Positions 46,648-56,735 of a stretch of DNA of 64,000 bases are shown in pieces. Origin of the DNA: Rhodospirillales bacterium (lineage in GTDB: Bacteria; Pseudomonadota; Alphaproteobacteria; Rhodospirillales; CAMCUA01); NCBI GenBank assembly GCA_965247705.1, contig CBDFHV010000069.1, positions 6,085 to 70,084 of the forward strand, given 5' to 3'. The translations under genes were made by a program, and so were the position numbers. The notes below the pieces were generated by a model that worked only from the letters and a program-made list of their open reading frames with translations, was not told where the DNA came from and did not search any database. Every line of letters begins with the position of its first letter. The stretch's first letter is position 1.

Positions 46648-47568
46648 ATGCAGACGAGCCCCTTCATGTGCCTCAACGGCGAGATCGTTCCCTACGAGGA
46701 TGCCAAGATCCACGCCTTCGCGGGGGTGGTGAAGTACGGTTGCGCCGTGTTCGAGGGCCTGCGCGGCTATTGGAACCCGGACCACGAGGAAATGTACGTC
46801 TTCCGCATGCGCGAGCATATGGAGCGCCTGCGTTTCGGCATGCGGGTGATGCGCTTCGATACCGTCTACGAGCCCGAACACACGGAAGACTGCCTCATGC
46901 GCATGATCCGGGCCAACGAGCTAAAGGAGGCGGTGCACCTGCGCATGATCGCCTTTCTGGAGGGGGATGACGAACTGGCCATGGCGGGGCCCATCGGTCT
47001 GGTCTGCGGCGCCGTGCCCCGGCCCACCGCCCAACGGGTTTGGGACGGAATCCACGTCATGGTGAGCTCCTATACCCGCATCGCCGACAACGCCATTCCG
47101 CCGCGGGTCAAGAGCTCGTCCAACTACGCCAACAACCGTTTCGCCGAGCTCGAGTCCCGGCGCCACGGCTATGACGGGGTGCTCATGCTGACCGCCCGGG
47201 GAACCGTCTCCGAGGGCTCGGGCGCGTGCCTGTTCATCGTCCGCGACGGCACCCTCATCACCCCCGACGTGACCAGCGGCATCCTGGAGAGCGTAACCCG
47301 CGACTCGGTAATCCGCCTGGCCCGGGAAAAACTGGATCTCCTGGTCGTCGAGCGGGAGATCGACCGGCACGAACTCTACGCGGCGCAGGAAGCCTTCTGG
47401 TGCGGCACCGCCCACGAGGTGACCCCCATCGTGTCGGTCGACCGCATGGACGTGGGCGATGGTGATGTGGGGCCGCTGACCAAATCCATCCGCGACCTCT
47501 ATTTCCAGGTGGTCAAGGGCGAGATTTCCGACTATCCGGAATGGCGCAGTCCCGTCTACGGCGACTGA
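46648..47568 (+). CDS. ilvE: branched-chain amino acid aminotransferase (PLP fold type IV)
   Basis: The ATG at 46648 starts MQTSPFMCLNGEIVPYEDAKIH. It has FEGLRGY, the lysine context RVKSSSNYANN, and TVSEGSGACLF. Confidence 0.8.
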   Translation: MQTSPFMCLNGEIVPYEDAKIHAFAGVVKYGCAVFEGLRGYWNPDHEEMYVFRMREHMERLRFGMRVMRFDTVYEPEHTEDCLMRMIRANELKEAVHLRMIAFLEGDDELAMAGPIGLVCGAVPRPTAQRVWDGIHVMVSSYTRIADNAIPPRVKSSSNYANNRFAELESRRHGYDGVLMLTARGTVSEGSGACLFIVRDGTLITPDVTSGILESVTRDSVIRLAREKLDLLVVEREIDRHELYAAQEAFWCGTAHEVTPIVSVDRMDVGDGDVGPLTKSIRDLYFQVVKGEISDYPEWRSPVYGD

Positions 47569-47586
47569 CCGAATTCGGGGGCGGAC

Positions 47587-49839
47587 GTGCCCTACGCCAC
47601 CTACCGGGTCGACCGCATGGGCGCCGCCCGCATGGTCGGCGAGACCCGCTTCCAGGCCGCCCAGATGGGCAGCCTCGCGGTCGAATACACGGCCGGTCCC
47701 TTCGGGCTTGACGACGGCGGCGCCATCAAACTGGTCTGGCGCGGTTGCTGCGATACGGCCGCGCCCCAGTTCGACGATCCCACGGGCGCCGCCTACGCCA
47801 CCGCGGAGGCCAGCAACGGCGCGCTGCTGGCCTGCGACTACAGCCCGAAAGGCAACTTCCGGCCCTTCTCCAAGGCGGTCATGGTGAGCGTGGTCCAGGG
47901 CTACCTGGCGCCGGGCGATACGATCACCATCCGCATCGGCGATACCCGCTTCGGCGCCCCCGGCATTCGCATGCAGTCGGTGGTGGAAACGGGCCACGAG
48001 ATGAAGGTCCTGGCGGACCCCATCAACACCCGCGACTTCGCCATGCTGCCGGAAACCCTGACCTTCGACATTTTCGCCGCCCCTCGCCGCGACTGGCACG
48101 CCGTCCTGCCGTCCCTGCGCCAGGTGGGTGAGCCCTTCCGCCTGGGCATCCGCATGGACGACGCTTTCGGCAACCCCAGCGACCAGGGCAGCGCCGGCGT
48201 GCGGTTGCGCCCCAGCATTGCCGTCGAGGGCCTGCCGGAAACCATCCAACTGAACGCGGGCGATTTCTCGACCGTGATCGAGGGACTCGTGGTCCGTGCC
48301 CCGGGCGATCTGGTCATCGTCCTCGAGGACGAAATCGGCACGCCGGTCGCGGAGAGCAATCCCTTGAGGATCGTCGACAAGGCCGACTTGCTGCCCTATT
48401 GGGCCGACTTTCACCACCAGAGTCGGGAGACCGTGGGCATGGGCACGGTCGCCGAGAGCTTCGCCTACGCCCGCAACAAGGCTTTCCTCGACGTCACCAG
48501 CCATGCCGGCAACGACCTGTAGATCAGCGGAAAGAACTGGGACGACATCAACCGGGCCAGCGCCGCGTTCAACGAGCCGGGTCGCTTCGTTGTCCTGCCC
48601 GGCTACGAATGGTCGGGGAACACCCCCTTGGGCGGCGACCGCAACGTGATTTTCCTCGGAGAGGGTGCCCCCATGCGCCGCTCGTCGCACGCCCTGGTGC
48701 CGGACCTCGGCGACGCCGATACGGACTGTCACACCATCGAGGACCTGTACCGGGGATTGCGGGAAAGCCCCGTCCCGGCCTTTTGCCTCGCCCACATCGG
48801 CGGCCGCCACTGCGACATCCGCCTCGCCCACGATCCCCTCATCGATCGGTCGGTGGAGATCCAGTCCGCCACCTGGGTCACCTTTGAGTGGGTCCTCAGG
48901 GACGTCTTCGAAAAGGGCTACCGCATGGGCGTGGTCGGCAATACGGACGACCACAAGGGCCGACCGGGGTCGAGCCCGCCGGGGTTCGCCGGCTTCGGCT
49001 GCGCCGGCGGCCTCACCTGCCTGTGGCTGAAGGACCTGTCGCGGGACGGCGTCTGGGACGCCATGACCCACCGCCGCCACTTCGCCACCACCGGCGCCCG
49101 CATCCACCTGGACGTGCGCGCCCGCACCGGCGCGCCCGCCGAGCGGTTTCACGAGGATCCAGCCGCCGGCCCCACGGGCTCGGACATGGTGTCCGAGCTT
49201 GTGATGGGCGACATCGCCCGGGTCACTGAGGCGGAAGTAGAATTCAATCTCGACGTCCTGGCCCCCGCCCCCATCCACCGGATCGAGATTCGCCGTGGCC
49301 TGGAAACGATGGAGGTGTTTCATCCCCACGCGGACCAACCCCGGGGGAACCGAATTCACGTCACCTTCGAGGGCGCCGAGTTCCGCGGCCGCAACCCCAA
49401 GACCCTGTGGGACGGCACGGCGGTGGTCGAAGGCACCACCCTTCAGGCCGCCCACCCCATCCGCTTCGACCTCTTGAGCAAGCGCCTCGAGGTGGAGAGC
49501 CCGTCGACCGTCCGCTGGACCGCCCAGACCACCGGTAATATCGTCGGGCTCGCCCTGACCCTCGCCGGGGCCGGCAACGCCGGCCTCACCGTGGAGACGC
49601 CGCAAGGCACGGAAACGGTCGCCATCGCCGACCTGGGGGTCGAGGAACGGGTGTTCGACTACGGCGGCATCGACAAGCGCATGCGCATCTTCCGCCTGCC
49701 CGACCATAACCCCCACCGCGCCGTAATCCTGTCCCGGCGCGTCCCCTTGCGGGCCGAGGGCGACAACCCGCTCTACGTCTGCGTCACCACCGAAGACGGC
49801 CACCAGGCCTGGTCGAGCCCGATCTATCTGTTCCGGTGA
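47587..49839 (+). pseudogene. DUF3604-like metal-dependent phosphoesterase gene interrupted by one in-frame TAG (48520-48522)
   Basis: ORFs 47587..48522 and 48628..49839 are in the same frame. The sequence reads ...YWADFHHQSRETVG...TSHAGNDL-TAG-ISGKNWDDI...PGYEWSGNTPLGGDRNVIF without a break in similarity. Confidence 0.65.
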
Positions 49840-49899
49840 GGTGGCGCGCGATAGGATACGATGCCTGTCACGAGTGACACTTCGCATGGGAGGAAGACG

Positions 49900-50208
49900 A
49901 TGAAACGGGTGCTGGTGCGCTACAAGGTCAAGCCGGATCGCGTGGCGGAGAACGAGGCGCTGTGCAGGGCGGTTTACGACGAGTTGAAGGGCAAGGCCCC
50001 CACGGGCATCCGCTACATGACCTTCAAGCTGGAGGACGGCGTCTCCTTCGTCCACGTCGCCTCCATCGAGACGGACGACGGCAGCAACCCCATGGCCGGG
50101 ATCGACGCGTTCAAGGCCTTCCAGAAGGATATCGGCGCCCGTTGCGACGAGCCACCCACCGCGACGGAACTGACGGCTGAAGTCGGCTCTTACGGCTTCT
50201 TCGACTGA
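49900..50208 (+). CDS. small ABM/dimeric alpha-beta-barrel-like hypothetical protein
   Basis: The ATG at 49900 is preceded by GGGAGGAAG. 102 aa. Confidence 0.55.
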   Translation: MKRVLVRYKVKPDRVAENEALCRAVYDELKGKAPTGIRYMTFKLEDGVSFVHVASIETDDGSNPMAGIDAFKAFQKDIGARCDEPPTATELTAEVGSYGFFD

Positions 50209-50512
50209 CGGTGGGGCAACGATACGCCGCCTCGATCAGTCGCCAATTTCCCACCACGCTGCCCGCGGTGGCCGGTGACGCCGAAGAAGATGGCGAAATG
50301 AGTTTTGTGTCCCAATAAATCTAATCACGGCTTGTCAACGGCGGCGGGAATATGTACCGGGGCGGCGGCGCAAAAATGTACCACGGGCTCGGTGGTAGCT
50401 TGTCCGCGTAGTCCATGGGAGGGACCCGCGCGCGGGGCGACGCGCCCTCCGCGCGGCTGGCGGCGGCCCGCGCGTGGGAGGGGCCTGTGGGCCCACGCGG
50501 GCAAGCGGGGGG

Positions 50513-51277
50513 TTATTCGGACGGTTGCCGGTGTCGTGACCGGCTCTGCTTGAGCCGGTAGCTCTCGCCGTTCATCTCCAGGATATGGACATGGTGGGTG
50601 ATGCGGTCGAGCAGCGCGCCGGTGAGGCGCTCGCTGGCGAAGACCGTCGTCCATTCCTGGAAGGGCAGGTTTGAGGTCACGATGGTGGCGCCGTTCTCGT
50701 AGCGCCGGCTGAAGACGTCGAACAGCAGCTCGCTTCCGGTCTGCGAGAGGGGCACGTATCCGAGCTCGTCGACGATCAGGAGATTGACCCTGGCGAGCTG
50801 GTCCTGGAGGCGGAGCAGCCTCTTCTCGTCGCGTGCCTCGATCAGCTCGTGGACCAGATGGGAGGCTGTGGCGAAGCGCACGGAAAGGCCCTTCTGGCAG
50901 GCGGCGAGGCCGAGGGCGAGAGCGACATGCGTCTTCCCGACGCCGCTTGGGCCGAGCAGGATTACGTTCTCACGGCGCGTGATGTACTCGCCGCGCGCGA
51001 GATCCAGCACCAGCATCTTGTTGAGGCTCGGGATTGCCTTGAAGTCGAAGCTCTCGAGCTGTTTGACGACAGGGAACCCGGCCTGCCTGATGCGGCGCTC
51101 GACGAGGCGGCGCTCGCGGTCGATCAGCTCCAGCTCCACCAGTCGGGCGAGGAACTGCACATGATCCAGGCCCTCGGCCGCGCACTGGCGCGCCAGTTTC
51201 TCGTATTCCCGCAGGAAGGTCGGCAGCTTCAGCCTCTTCAGGTGATGTTCGAGCAGGATGCGGGGGGCCTCAGCCAT
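50513..51277 (-). CDS. istB: IS21-family helper ATPase IstB
   Basis: The ATG at 51277 starts the gene. Walker A is GPSGVGKTH and Walker B is LLIVDELGY. Confidence 0.9.
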   Translation of the reverse strand: MAEAPRILLEHHLKRLKLPTFLREYEKLARQCAAEGLDHVQFLARLVELELIDRERRLVERRIRQAGFPVVKQLESFDFKAIPSLNKMLVLDLARGEYITRRENVILLGPSGVGKTHVALALGLAACQKGLSVRFATASHLVHELIEARDEKRLLRLQDQLARVNLLIVDELGYVPLSQTGSELLFDVFSRRYENGATIVTSNLPFQEWTTVFASERLTGALLDRITHHVHILEMNGESYRLKQSRSRHRQPSE

Positions 51278-52772
51278 GGCCGGCCCCTCCGGCCAGCAGG
51301 GTGGCGTAGTCGGCGCTCCGCGTGGCGGCGACGAAGGGCTGGGGCAAGTGCGGATAGCGCGACAGGTCGAGATGCACGGGCCGCCTCTCGATGCGCGCCA
51401 GCAGGAGATGCTTGACCGCATCGAAGCCGATCAGGCGCCGCTTCACCGCGTCGCGCACCGCGGCCGCCACTTGGCGTGCCGGGAAGTCTTCGTGCAGGCG
51501 CAGCACCTGGATGTATTCGCGCTTGCCGCGCGGGCCGAAGCGGGCTTCGAGGAGGCGGCGCAGCGTGTCGAAGGCGGGATCGAGCTTCCATCCCCGCAGC
51601 GGCGCCGCCTGGTCCAGGGCGCCCGGCTTCTTCTCCAGCAGCGACAGATAGTGCAGCGGCTCGTAGATGACGTCGCCGCGGACATAGGAGCGCCGATGGC
51701 GGGCGACGATCTCGGCGCCGAGCGCGATCTCGACCCGGTCGACATAGCCCTTCACCATGACCTTCTTGTGGGCGTGCACCGTCGGCGCCGAGTAGTCCAC
51801 CAGCCGGTAGCGCACCAGGGCCGTGGACAAGATCTGGCCCGGCACATGCTCGCAGGCCTCGAAGGGAACCGCCGGCAGATCGCGCAGGGCGTCGAGGTCG
51901 CCCAACAATGCCGTCGCCCGGTCGCCTGCCTCCAGCGCGTCGAGCCGCTCCAGGCAGCGCGCCATCAGCCGCTCGTTCAGGACCGACAGGTCGTGCACCT
52001 TCGGGATCGGCACCATGAACCGGCGCCGTGCCGTCTTCACCAGGGCCTCCACCTTGCCCTTGTCGTTGCCCTTGCCGGGCCGGCCGAAGCGGTCGCGGAA
52101 CAGGTAGTGCGATTGCAGATGCGTGAACGCCTGCGTGCGCCGACGCGTGCCGTCGCCCAGGATCCGTGCCACCGCCAGGGTCGTGTTGTCGTAGAGGATC
52201 GAGCGCGGAACCCCGCCGAGGAAGGCGAAGGCGCTGACATGGCCGTCCAGGAAGGCCTCCGTCGTCTCCCGGGGATACGCCTTGACGAACCAGAGGTTGG
52301 AATGGGGCAGGATCAGGCAGAAGAAGGCGACCTTCTCCCGCCTGCCCCCGACCTCCACCACCGCCTCGCCGAAGTCGACCTGGGCATGGCCCGGCGGGTG
52401 ATGCAGCGGCACGAAGGCCTCGCGCGTCGATTGCCGCCGGGAACGCACATAGTCCTTCACAATGGTGTAGCCGCCGGTGAACCCGTGCTCGTCCCGTAGC
52501 CGCTCGAAGATCCGATGCGCCGTGTGACGCTGCTTGCGCGGCACGTCCGGATCCGTGTCCGCCTCCAGGATCGCGTCGACGATGCCGGTGAACCCGTCCA
52601 GCTTCGGCCGCCTGACCGGCTTCGTCCGGCGGTATCCCGGCGGCGCCGAATAGCTCAGCATCTTCTTCACCGTCCGGCGGTCGATGCCGAACCGCCGGCC
52701 CGCCTCGTGATGGCTCAGACCCTCGTCGACAACCGCCAGTCGAACCGCCGCATAGAGCTCCACGCCGTACAT
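51270..52772 (-). CDS. istA: IS21-family transposase IstA
   Basis: The ATG at 52772 starts MYGVELYAAVRLAVVDEGLSHHEAGRRFGIDRRTVKKML (HTH). It has a DDE core and overlaps istB by 8 nt. Confidence 0.9.
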   Translation of the reverse strand: MYGVELYAAVRLAVVDEGLSHHEAGRRFGIDRRTVKKMLSYSAPPGYRRTKPVRRPKLDGFTGIVDAILEADTDPDVPRKQRHTAHRIFERLRDEHGFTGGYTIVKDYVRSRRQSTREAFVPLHHPPGHAQVDFGEAVVEVGGRREKVAFFCLILPHSNLWFVKAYPRETTEAFLDGHVSAFAFLGGVPRSILYDNTTLAVARILGDGTRRRTQAFTHLQSHYLFRDRFGRPGKGNDKGKVEALVKTARRRFMVPIPKVHDLSVLNERLMARCLERLDALEAGDRATALLGDLDALRDLPAVPFEACEHVPGQILSTALVRYRLVDYSAPTVHAHKKVMVKGYVDRVEIALGAEIVARHRRSYVRGDVIYEPLHYLSLLEKKPGALDQAAPLRGWKLDPAFDTLRRLLEARFGPRGKREYIQVLRLHEDFPARQVAAAVRDAVKRRLIGFDAVKHLLLARIERRPVHLDLSRYPHLPQPFVAATRSADYATLLAGGAGHG

Positions 52773-52863
52773 CTCCTGCCCCTCGTCGCAACCGACAAGG
52801 GACCATGAGTGGCACAATTTTGCGCCGCCGCGACCGGACCGCCCGGCCGCCTCGCGTGGTGCA

Positions 52864-53682
52864 TTATTCCTCCGCCGTTAACAGCGAACCCCATTTGCTG
52901 AGCAGTCTCAGGTCGACCGGGTCCGGGAGGCCCGAGGCGTTGCCATAGTTGACCAGCATTCCGAACGGGCGCGTGCACTCGAACGACTTGGCGAAGGTGT
53001 CCTTGCCGACGCCGTCGAACACCGCGTGCACGCCCTTCGGCACGATTGCTTTGACCGCCTGAACGAAGTCGGTCTCGCGATAGAGAATCGGGTGGTCGCA
53101 GCCATGGCTCTTCACCAGCCGGGCCTTGTCCGTCGAGCCCACGGTGCCGAGCACGGTGGCGCCCAGATGTTTGGCCCATTGGGTCAATGGCAGACCGACG
53201 CCGCTGGCCGCGGCATGGATCAGGATCGCCTCGCCCGGTTTCGGCTTGTGCATGCGATTGATCACCAAGGAGGCCGTCAGCCCCTTGAGCATGAACGCGC
53301 CCGCTTGGCGCTCGGTGATGTCGTCCGGAAGGGGGATGAGGCAGGAGGCGGGAACGTTGCGCTCCTCGGCGTAGGAACCCGTATTCTCGAAGAACGGCCC
53401 GCCGACGCCGACATAGGCGACACGATCACCCACACGCACGCTGCGGACGCCGGATCCCAGCTCCGTGACGACACCCGCCGCCTCGTTACCGAGGACAATG
53501 GGAAAGCGCGGATCGGCGGTGAAGTAGAAGCCCCCACGGCGTACGTTGACGTCAGAGAAGTTGACTGCGATCGCCGTGTGCCGCAGACGCACATCGCCGG
53601 CGGACGGCGCCGGGATAGCGATGCTCTCCCAGCGCATTACATCCGGCGTCCCATTGGAATGGATGCGAATAGCCTTGGTCAT
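52864..53682 (-). pseudogene. NADPH:quinone oxidoreductase (zeta-crystallin/MDR family), 3'-truncated by the IS21 end
   Basis: MTKAIRIHSNGTPDVMRWESI ... AASGVGL. About 50 C-terminal residues are missing. The last six codons (LLTAEE) and the stop lie inside the IS21 terminus. Confidence 0.7.
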
Positions 53683-54207
53683 GATCCGTCCCGCTCCCGC
53701 TTTCGCGCCGTGCCTGGAAGGCAGCGTCGCTGTCGATGACTCGGGTTGTAACACAGCCCGATTGCGGCGGCATCAGGCGCGCCCTGTAGCCCCGGGCTTG
53801 GCATTCTTAGAGTAAGCGGCATTGACACGTTGCATGCCGCAGTCGGCCGAAATTCACCGTCGCATGGATCAGGCTGAATCAAAAAATAGGGGCCACATCG
53901 ATTCGTTGTTTGGGGGTCAGGTCTTGAATCTTGAACAAGCACGTCCCCGCATGCATAACTACTTGGACATCTGATCTGCTTTAATTCAATATTCAAGACA
54001 TGGCCCCTCATTTGTGACCCCTCAATTGAGCGGACTGGGGTCGCGGTGCTCACGGCAATTCCCGCCAATTCCGGGCGAATTCCGTCCCGCACCGACCTCG
54101 ACATTGCCTCGGCATTCAATCCGAACTACCGTCTCCTCACGAACCGGGCTTCATCTGGGGGATGTCGGCTGGGTTAGCCCCCAATTGCAAAGCCATGGGG
54201 GAGGTCT

Positions 54208-55986
54208 ATGGGCGAGCAACCCATCCAGCGCCGTCTGGCGGCGATTCTCGCCGCCGATATCGCCGGGTATTCGCGCCTGATGAACGAGGACGAGGAAGCG
54301 ACGGTCGCCGCCTGGCAAGTGGCGCGCGCCGAGGTGATCAAGCCGTCCATCGCGGAACATTCGGGGCGCATCGTCAAGCATACGGGCGACGGGTTTCTCG
54401 CCGAATTTCCGACCGCGAGCCAAGCGGTACGCAGCGCCATCGGCATGCAGCACGGTTTCGGCGCGCTCAACGCAGACGTTCCCGACCCGCGGCGCCTGAA
54501 TTTTCGCATGGAAATCAACGTCGGCGAGTTCACCGTCGACGACGACGACATCCACGGCGATGGGGTCAATGTCGCGGCACGCCTGGAGGGGCTGGCGGAA
54601 GCACCCGGCATTTGCGTCACGTCGTCCGTCTACGACCAGGTTCGAAAAATGGTCGACTGCACGTTCGAGGACATGGGCGAGCATCGGGTGAAGAACATCG
54701 CCGAACCCATCCACGTATACAAAATCCTGTGCCAGGCGCCGGCCACCACAGAAAGCGACGACGGGCAGGAGCCGGCGCCGGCGGCTGTCGGTCGCGCGCC
54801 GGCGGCGGCGGAGAAGCCTTCGATCGCCGTCCTCCCGTTCGTCAACATGAGCGCCGATCCCGAACAGGAATACTTCGCCGACGGGCTGACCGAGGACATT
54901 CTCACCCAGTTGTGCCGATTCAAGGACCTGTTCGTCATCTCGCGCAACTCGACCTTCACCTTCAAGGGCCGGGCGGTGAAGGCGCAAGAGGTGGCGCGCG
55001 ACCTTGGCGTGGCCTACGTCGTCGAAGGCAGCGTCCGCAAGGCGGGCGACCGGGTGCGCGTCACGGTACAGCTTATCGAAGGCGCCCAGGACCGCCACGT
55101 CTGGGCTGAACGCTACGATCGCAATCTGGAGGACATTTTCGACATTCAGGACGAAGTTACGGCGGCGATTGTGGCCACGCTTCCCGGTCGGGTCGAAGCC
55201 GATAGCCACGATCGCGCCCGGCACACACCGACGGACAACATGGCGGCCTACGAATGCATGCTGGCCGGCAAGGTGCTCCACCACAACAGCAAGCGAGAAG
55301 ACAACGCCGCGGCTCTGGCGCTCCTGGATCGCGCCATTGAACTGGATCCCGGCTTCGCCCATGCGCGCGCCTGGCGGGCTTGTGTTCTGGCCCAGGCCTG
55401 GAGCCACGGCTGGGACCCGGACCCCGAGACCGCGACAAACCGCGTCGCCGAGGAGTTGGAGCGTGCTCTTGCTCTCGACGAGAACGACGCGGACATCCAC
55501 CGCATTCTTGCCGCCATCCACATCACAAGGAACAACCACGACCAGGCGTCACTGCATCAGAACAGGGCACTGAACCTCAATCCCAACTACGATCTGGTGG
55601 TCGTCCAGCAGGGCGAGTTGATGACGTGGCTGGGCCGGCCCGACGAGGGCGTCGAGTGGATCAAGAAGGCGATGCAGCTCAACCCGTTTCATCCGCCACG
55701 ATTTTGGAGCCATCTCGGCCGCGCCTATTTCGTCGGCCGCCGCTATCAGGATGCGATCGACGCGATCAAGCAGAACAGCACGCTGGATCAGACGCTCCAC
55801 GCATTGCTCGCCGCCTGTTACGGATATCTGAACGACAACGTCCAGGTGGCGGCGCAACGGCAAGAAGTGCTTGTACGCGACCCCGACTTCTCCGTCGATG
55901 CCCAGATGGGGACCTTGCACTATATGAAGGAAGATGACCGCACGCACTATCGCGACGGCCTTCTCAATGCGGGGCTGCCAGCCTGA
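54208..55986 (+). CDS. class III adenylate/guanylate cyclase fused to a TolB-N-like module and TPR repeats
   Basis: 592 aa with LAAILAADIAGYSRLM ... HGDGVNVAARLE, then PSIAVLPFVNMSADPEQEYFADGLTEDI, then TPR repeats. Confidence 0.85.
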   Translation: MGEQPIQRRLAAILAADIAGYSRLMNEDEEATVAAWQVARAEVIKPSIAEHSGRIVKHTGDGFLAEFPTASQAVRSAIGMQHGFGALNADVPDPRRLNFRMEINVGEFTVDDDDIHGDGVNVAARLEGLAEAPGICVTSSVYDQVRKMVDCTFEDMGEHRVKNIAEPIHVYKILCQAPATTESDDGQEPAPAAVGRAPAAAEKPSIAVLPFVNMSADPEQEYFADGLTEDILTQLCRFKDLFVISRNSTFTFKGRAVKAQEVARDLGVAYVVEGSVRKAGDRVRVTVQLIEGAQDRHVWAERYDRNLEDIFDIQDEVTAAIVATLPGRVEADSHDRARHTPTDNMAAYECMLAGKVLHHNSKREDNAAALALLDRAIELDPGFAHARAWRACVLAQAWSHGWDPDPETATNRVAEELERALALDENDADIHRILAAIHITRNNHDQASLHQNRALNLNPNYDLVVVQQGELMTWLGRPDEGVEWIKKAMQLNPFHPPRFWSHLGRAYFVGRRYQDAIDAIKQNSTLDQTLHALLAACYGYLNDNVQVAAQRQEVLVRDPDFSVDAQMGTLHYMKEDDRTHYRDGLLNAGLPA

Positions 55987-56098
55987 CGGGGGAGGAGGGC
56001 CGGTGCCAGACTCACGGCGGAATTCGGACGCCGGTCACGTCGCTCTGGCGACCATTGGCCGGGGGAGCAGCCAGGGGTCGAACACCGTATAGCCGGTC

Positions 56099-56359
56099 AT
56101 GGGGACCGAGGAACGGCTGTTCGACGACAGCCTGTGGGACGCCATCGCGTACGCCCTTGACGCCTTCACCCCAACCGAATGCCAATACTACTTGGCCGCC
56201 GCCGGATACGTGCTCAGGCGAGGGGGGCCTGATCCGGTTGCAATGTCCAAACGGGCGCTTTTGGTCATGGTGGTGATCAAGGGCTCGTGCCAGCTTTGCC
56301 GCTCTGTCGGCAAAATGGAATTGGCCATGACTTGCCGCTGCGTCAGGACCTCGAAATGA
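56099..56359 (+). CDS. hypothetical small protein
   Basis: 86-aa ORF whose stop overlaps the next ATG (ATGA at 56356-56359). No clear Shine-Dalgarno sequence. Confidence 0.3.
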   Translation: MGTEERLFDDSLWDAIAYALDAFTPTECQYYLAAAGYVLRRGGPDPVAMSKRALLVMVVIKGSCQLCRSVGKMELAMTCRCVRTSK

Positions 56360-56601
56360 CGGACCGCTATTGCCGGTTCTGCCGCCACTGGGTTCCTTGG
56401 AGCAGGACTAGGCTGGGGCGTCGCGCCTTAGCAGGTGCCTGCGAAGGGGAGCTCGACAATACTGGCGAATGCCGCGCTCACCCACCGGCGCCCGACAAGT
56501 TCAGCGCCTTCTTGACAACCTACGCCGATGATTGGTGCGGGGAGTTCGCTTCCTGTTTGTCGCCGGAGACGACGGCGGGCCCGGGAAGGGTTGAGGAATG
56601 A
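56356..56601 (+). CDS. hypothetical Cys-rich small protein
   Basis: 81 aa starting MTDRYCRFCRHW, with GACEGELDNTGECRAHPPAP and DDWCGEF. Translationally coupled to the preceding ORF. Confidence 0.4.
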   Translation: MTDRYCRFCRHWVPWSRTRLGRRALAGACEGELDNTGECRAHPPAPDKFSAFLTTYADDWCGEFASCLSPETTAGPGRVEE

Positions 56602-56693
56602 GACACACGCCTGATCGAGAATTAAAGAGTCACGCCAGTGAGCGAATTATGTGACTCGGCGACGCCTCTCGGATGCCCCCTTGGGACGTGGAC

Positions 56694-56714
56694 GGGCCGG
56701 TCTGAGACCGGCCC
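56694..56714. repeat. single REP unit of the same family
   Basis: GGGCCGGTCTGAGACCGGCCC, between convergent genes. Confidence 0.65.
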
Positions 56715-56735
56715 GCCTCAGGCGCCCGCCGCCGT

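Larger units (their letters stand above)
50333..52883 (-). mobile_element. IS21-family insertion sequence, about 2.55 kb
   Basis: The ends are TGTCAACGGCGGCGGGAATATGTACC (starting 50333) and GGTGCATTATTCCTCCGCCGTTAACA (ending 52883). Internal repeats CGGCGGCGCAAAAWTGTRCCAC occur near both ends. No target duplication was found. Confidence 0.75.

Noticed and set aside
48520-48522. The in-frame TAG could be a pyrrolysine codon.
   Set aside because: There are no pyl genes in the window and the host looks proteobacterial. A CAG to TAG nonsense change or a base-call error is far more likely.
46921-50055. Very long ORFs lie antisense to real genes: 46921..50055 (1044 aa), 29694..32000 (768 aa), 10526..12901 (791 aa), 56820..58598 (592 aa) and others.
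   Set aside because: They have Arg/Gly/Ala/Pro/His-rich low-complexity translations and no motifs. Each overlaps a well-supported gene on the other strand. These are typical shadow ORFs of high-GC DNA.
53910-54075. Two GGGGTC-initiated segments (near 53916 and 54036) in an A/T-rich spacer resemble the start of Tn3-family terminal inverted repeats.
   Set aside because: Only the first 6 nt match. The two copies are in direct rather than inverted orientation, and there is no transposase or resolvase nearby.
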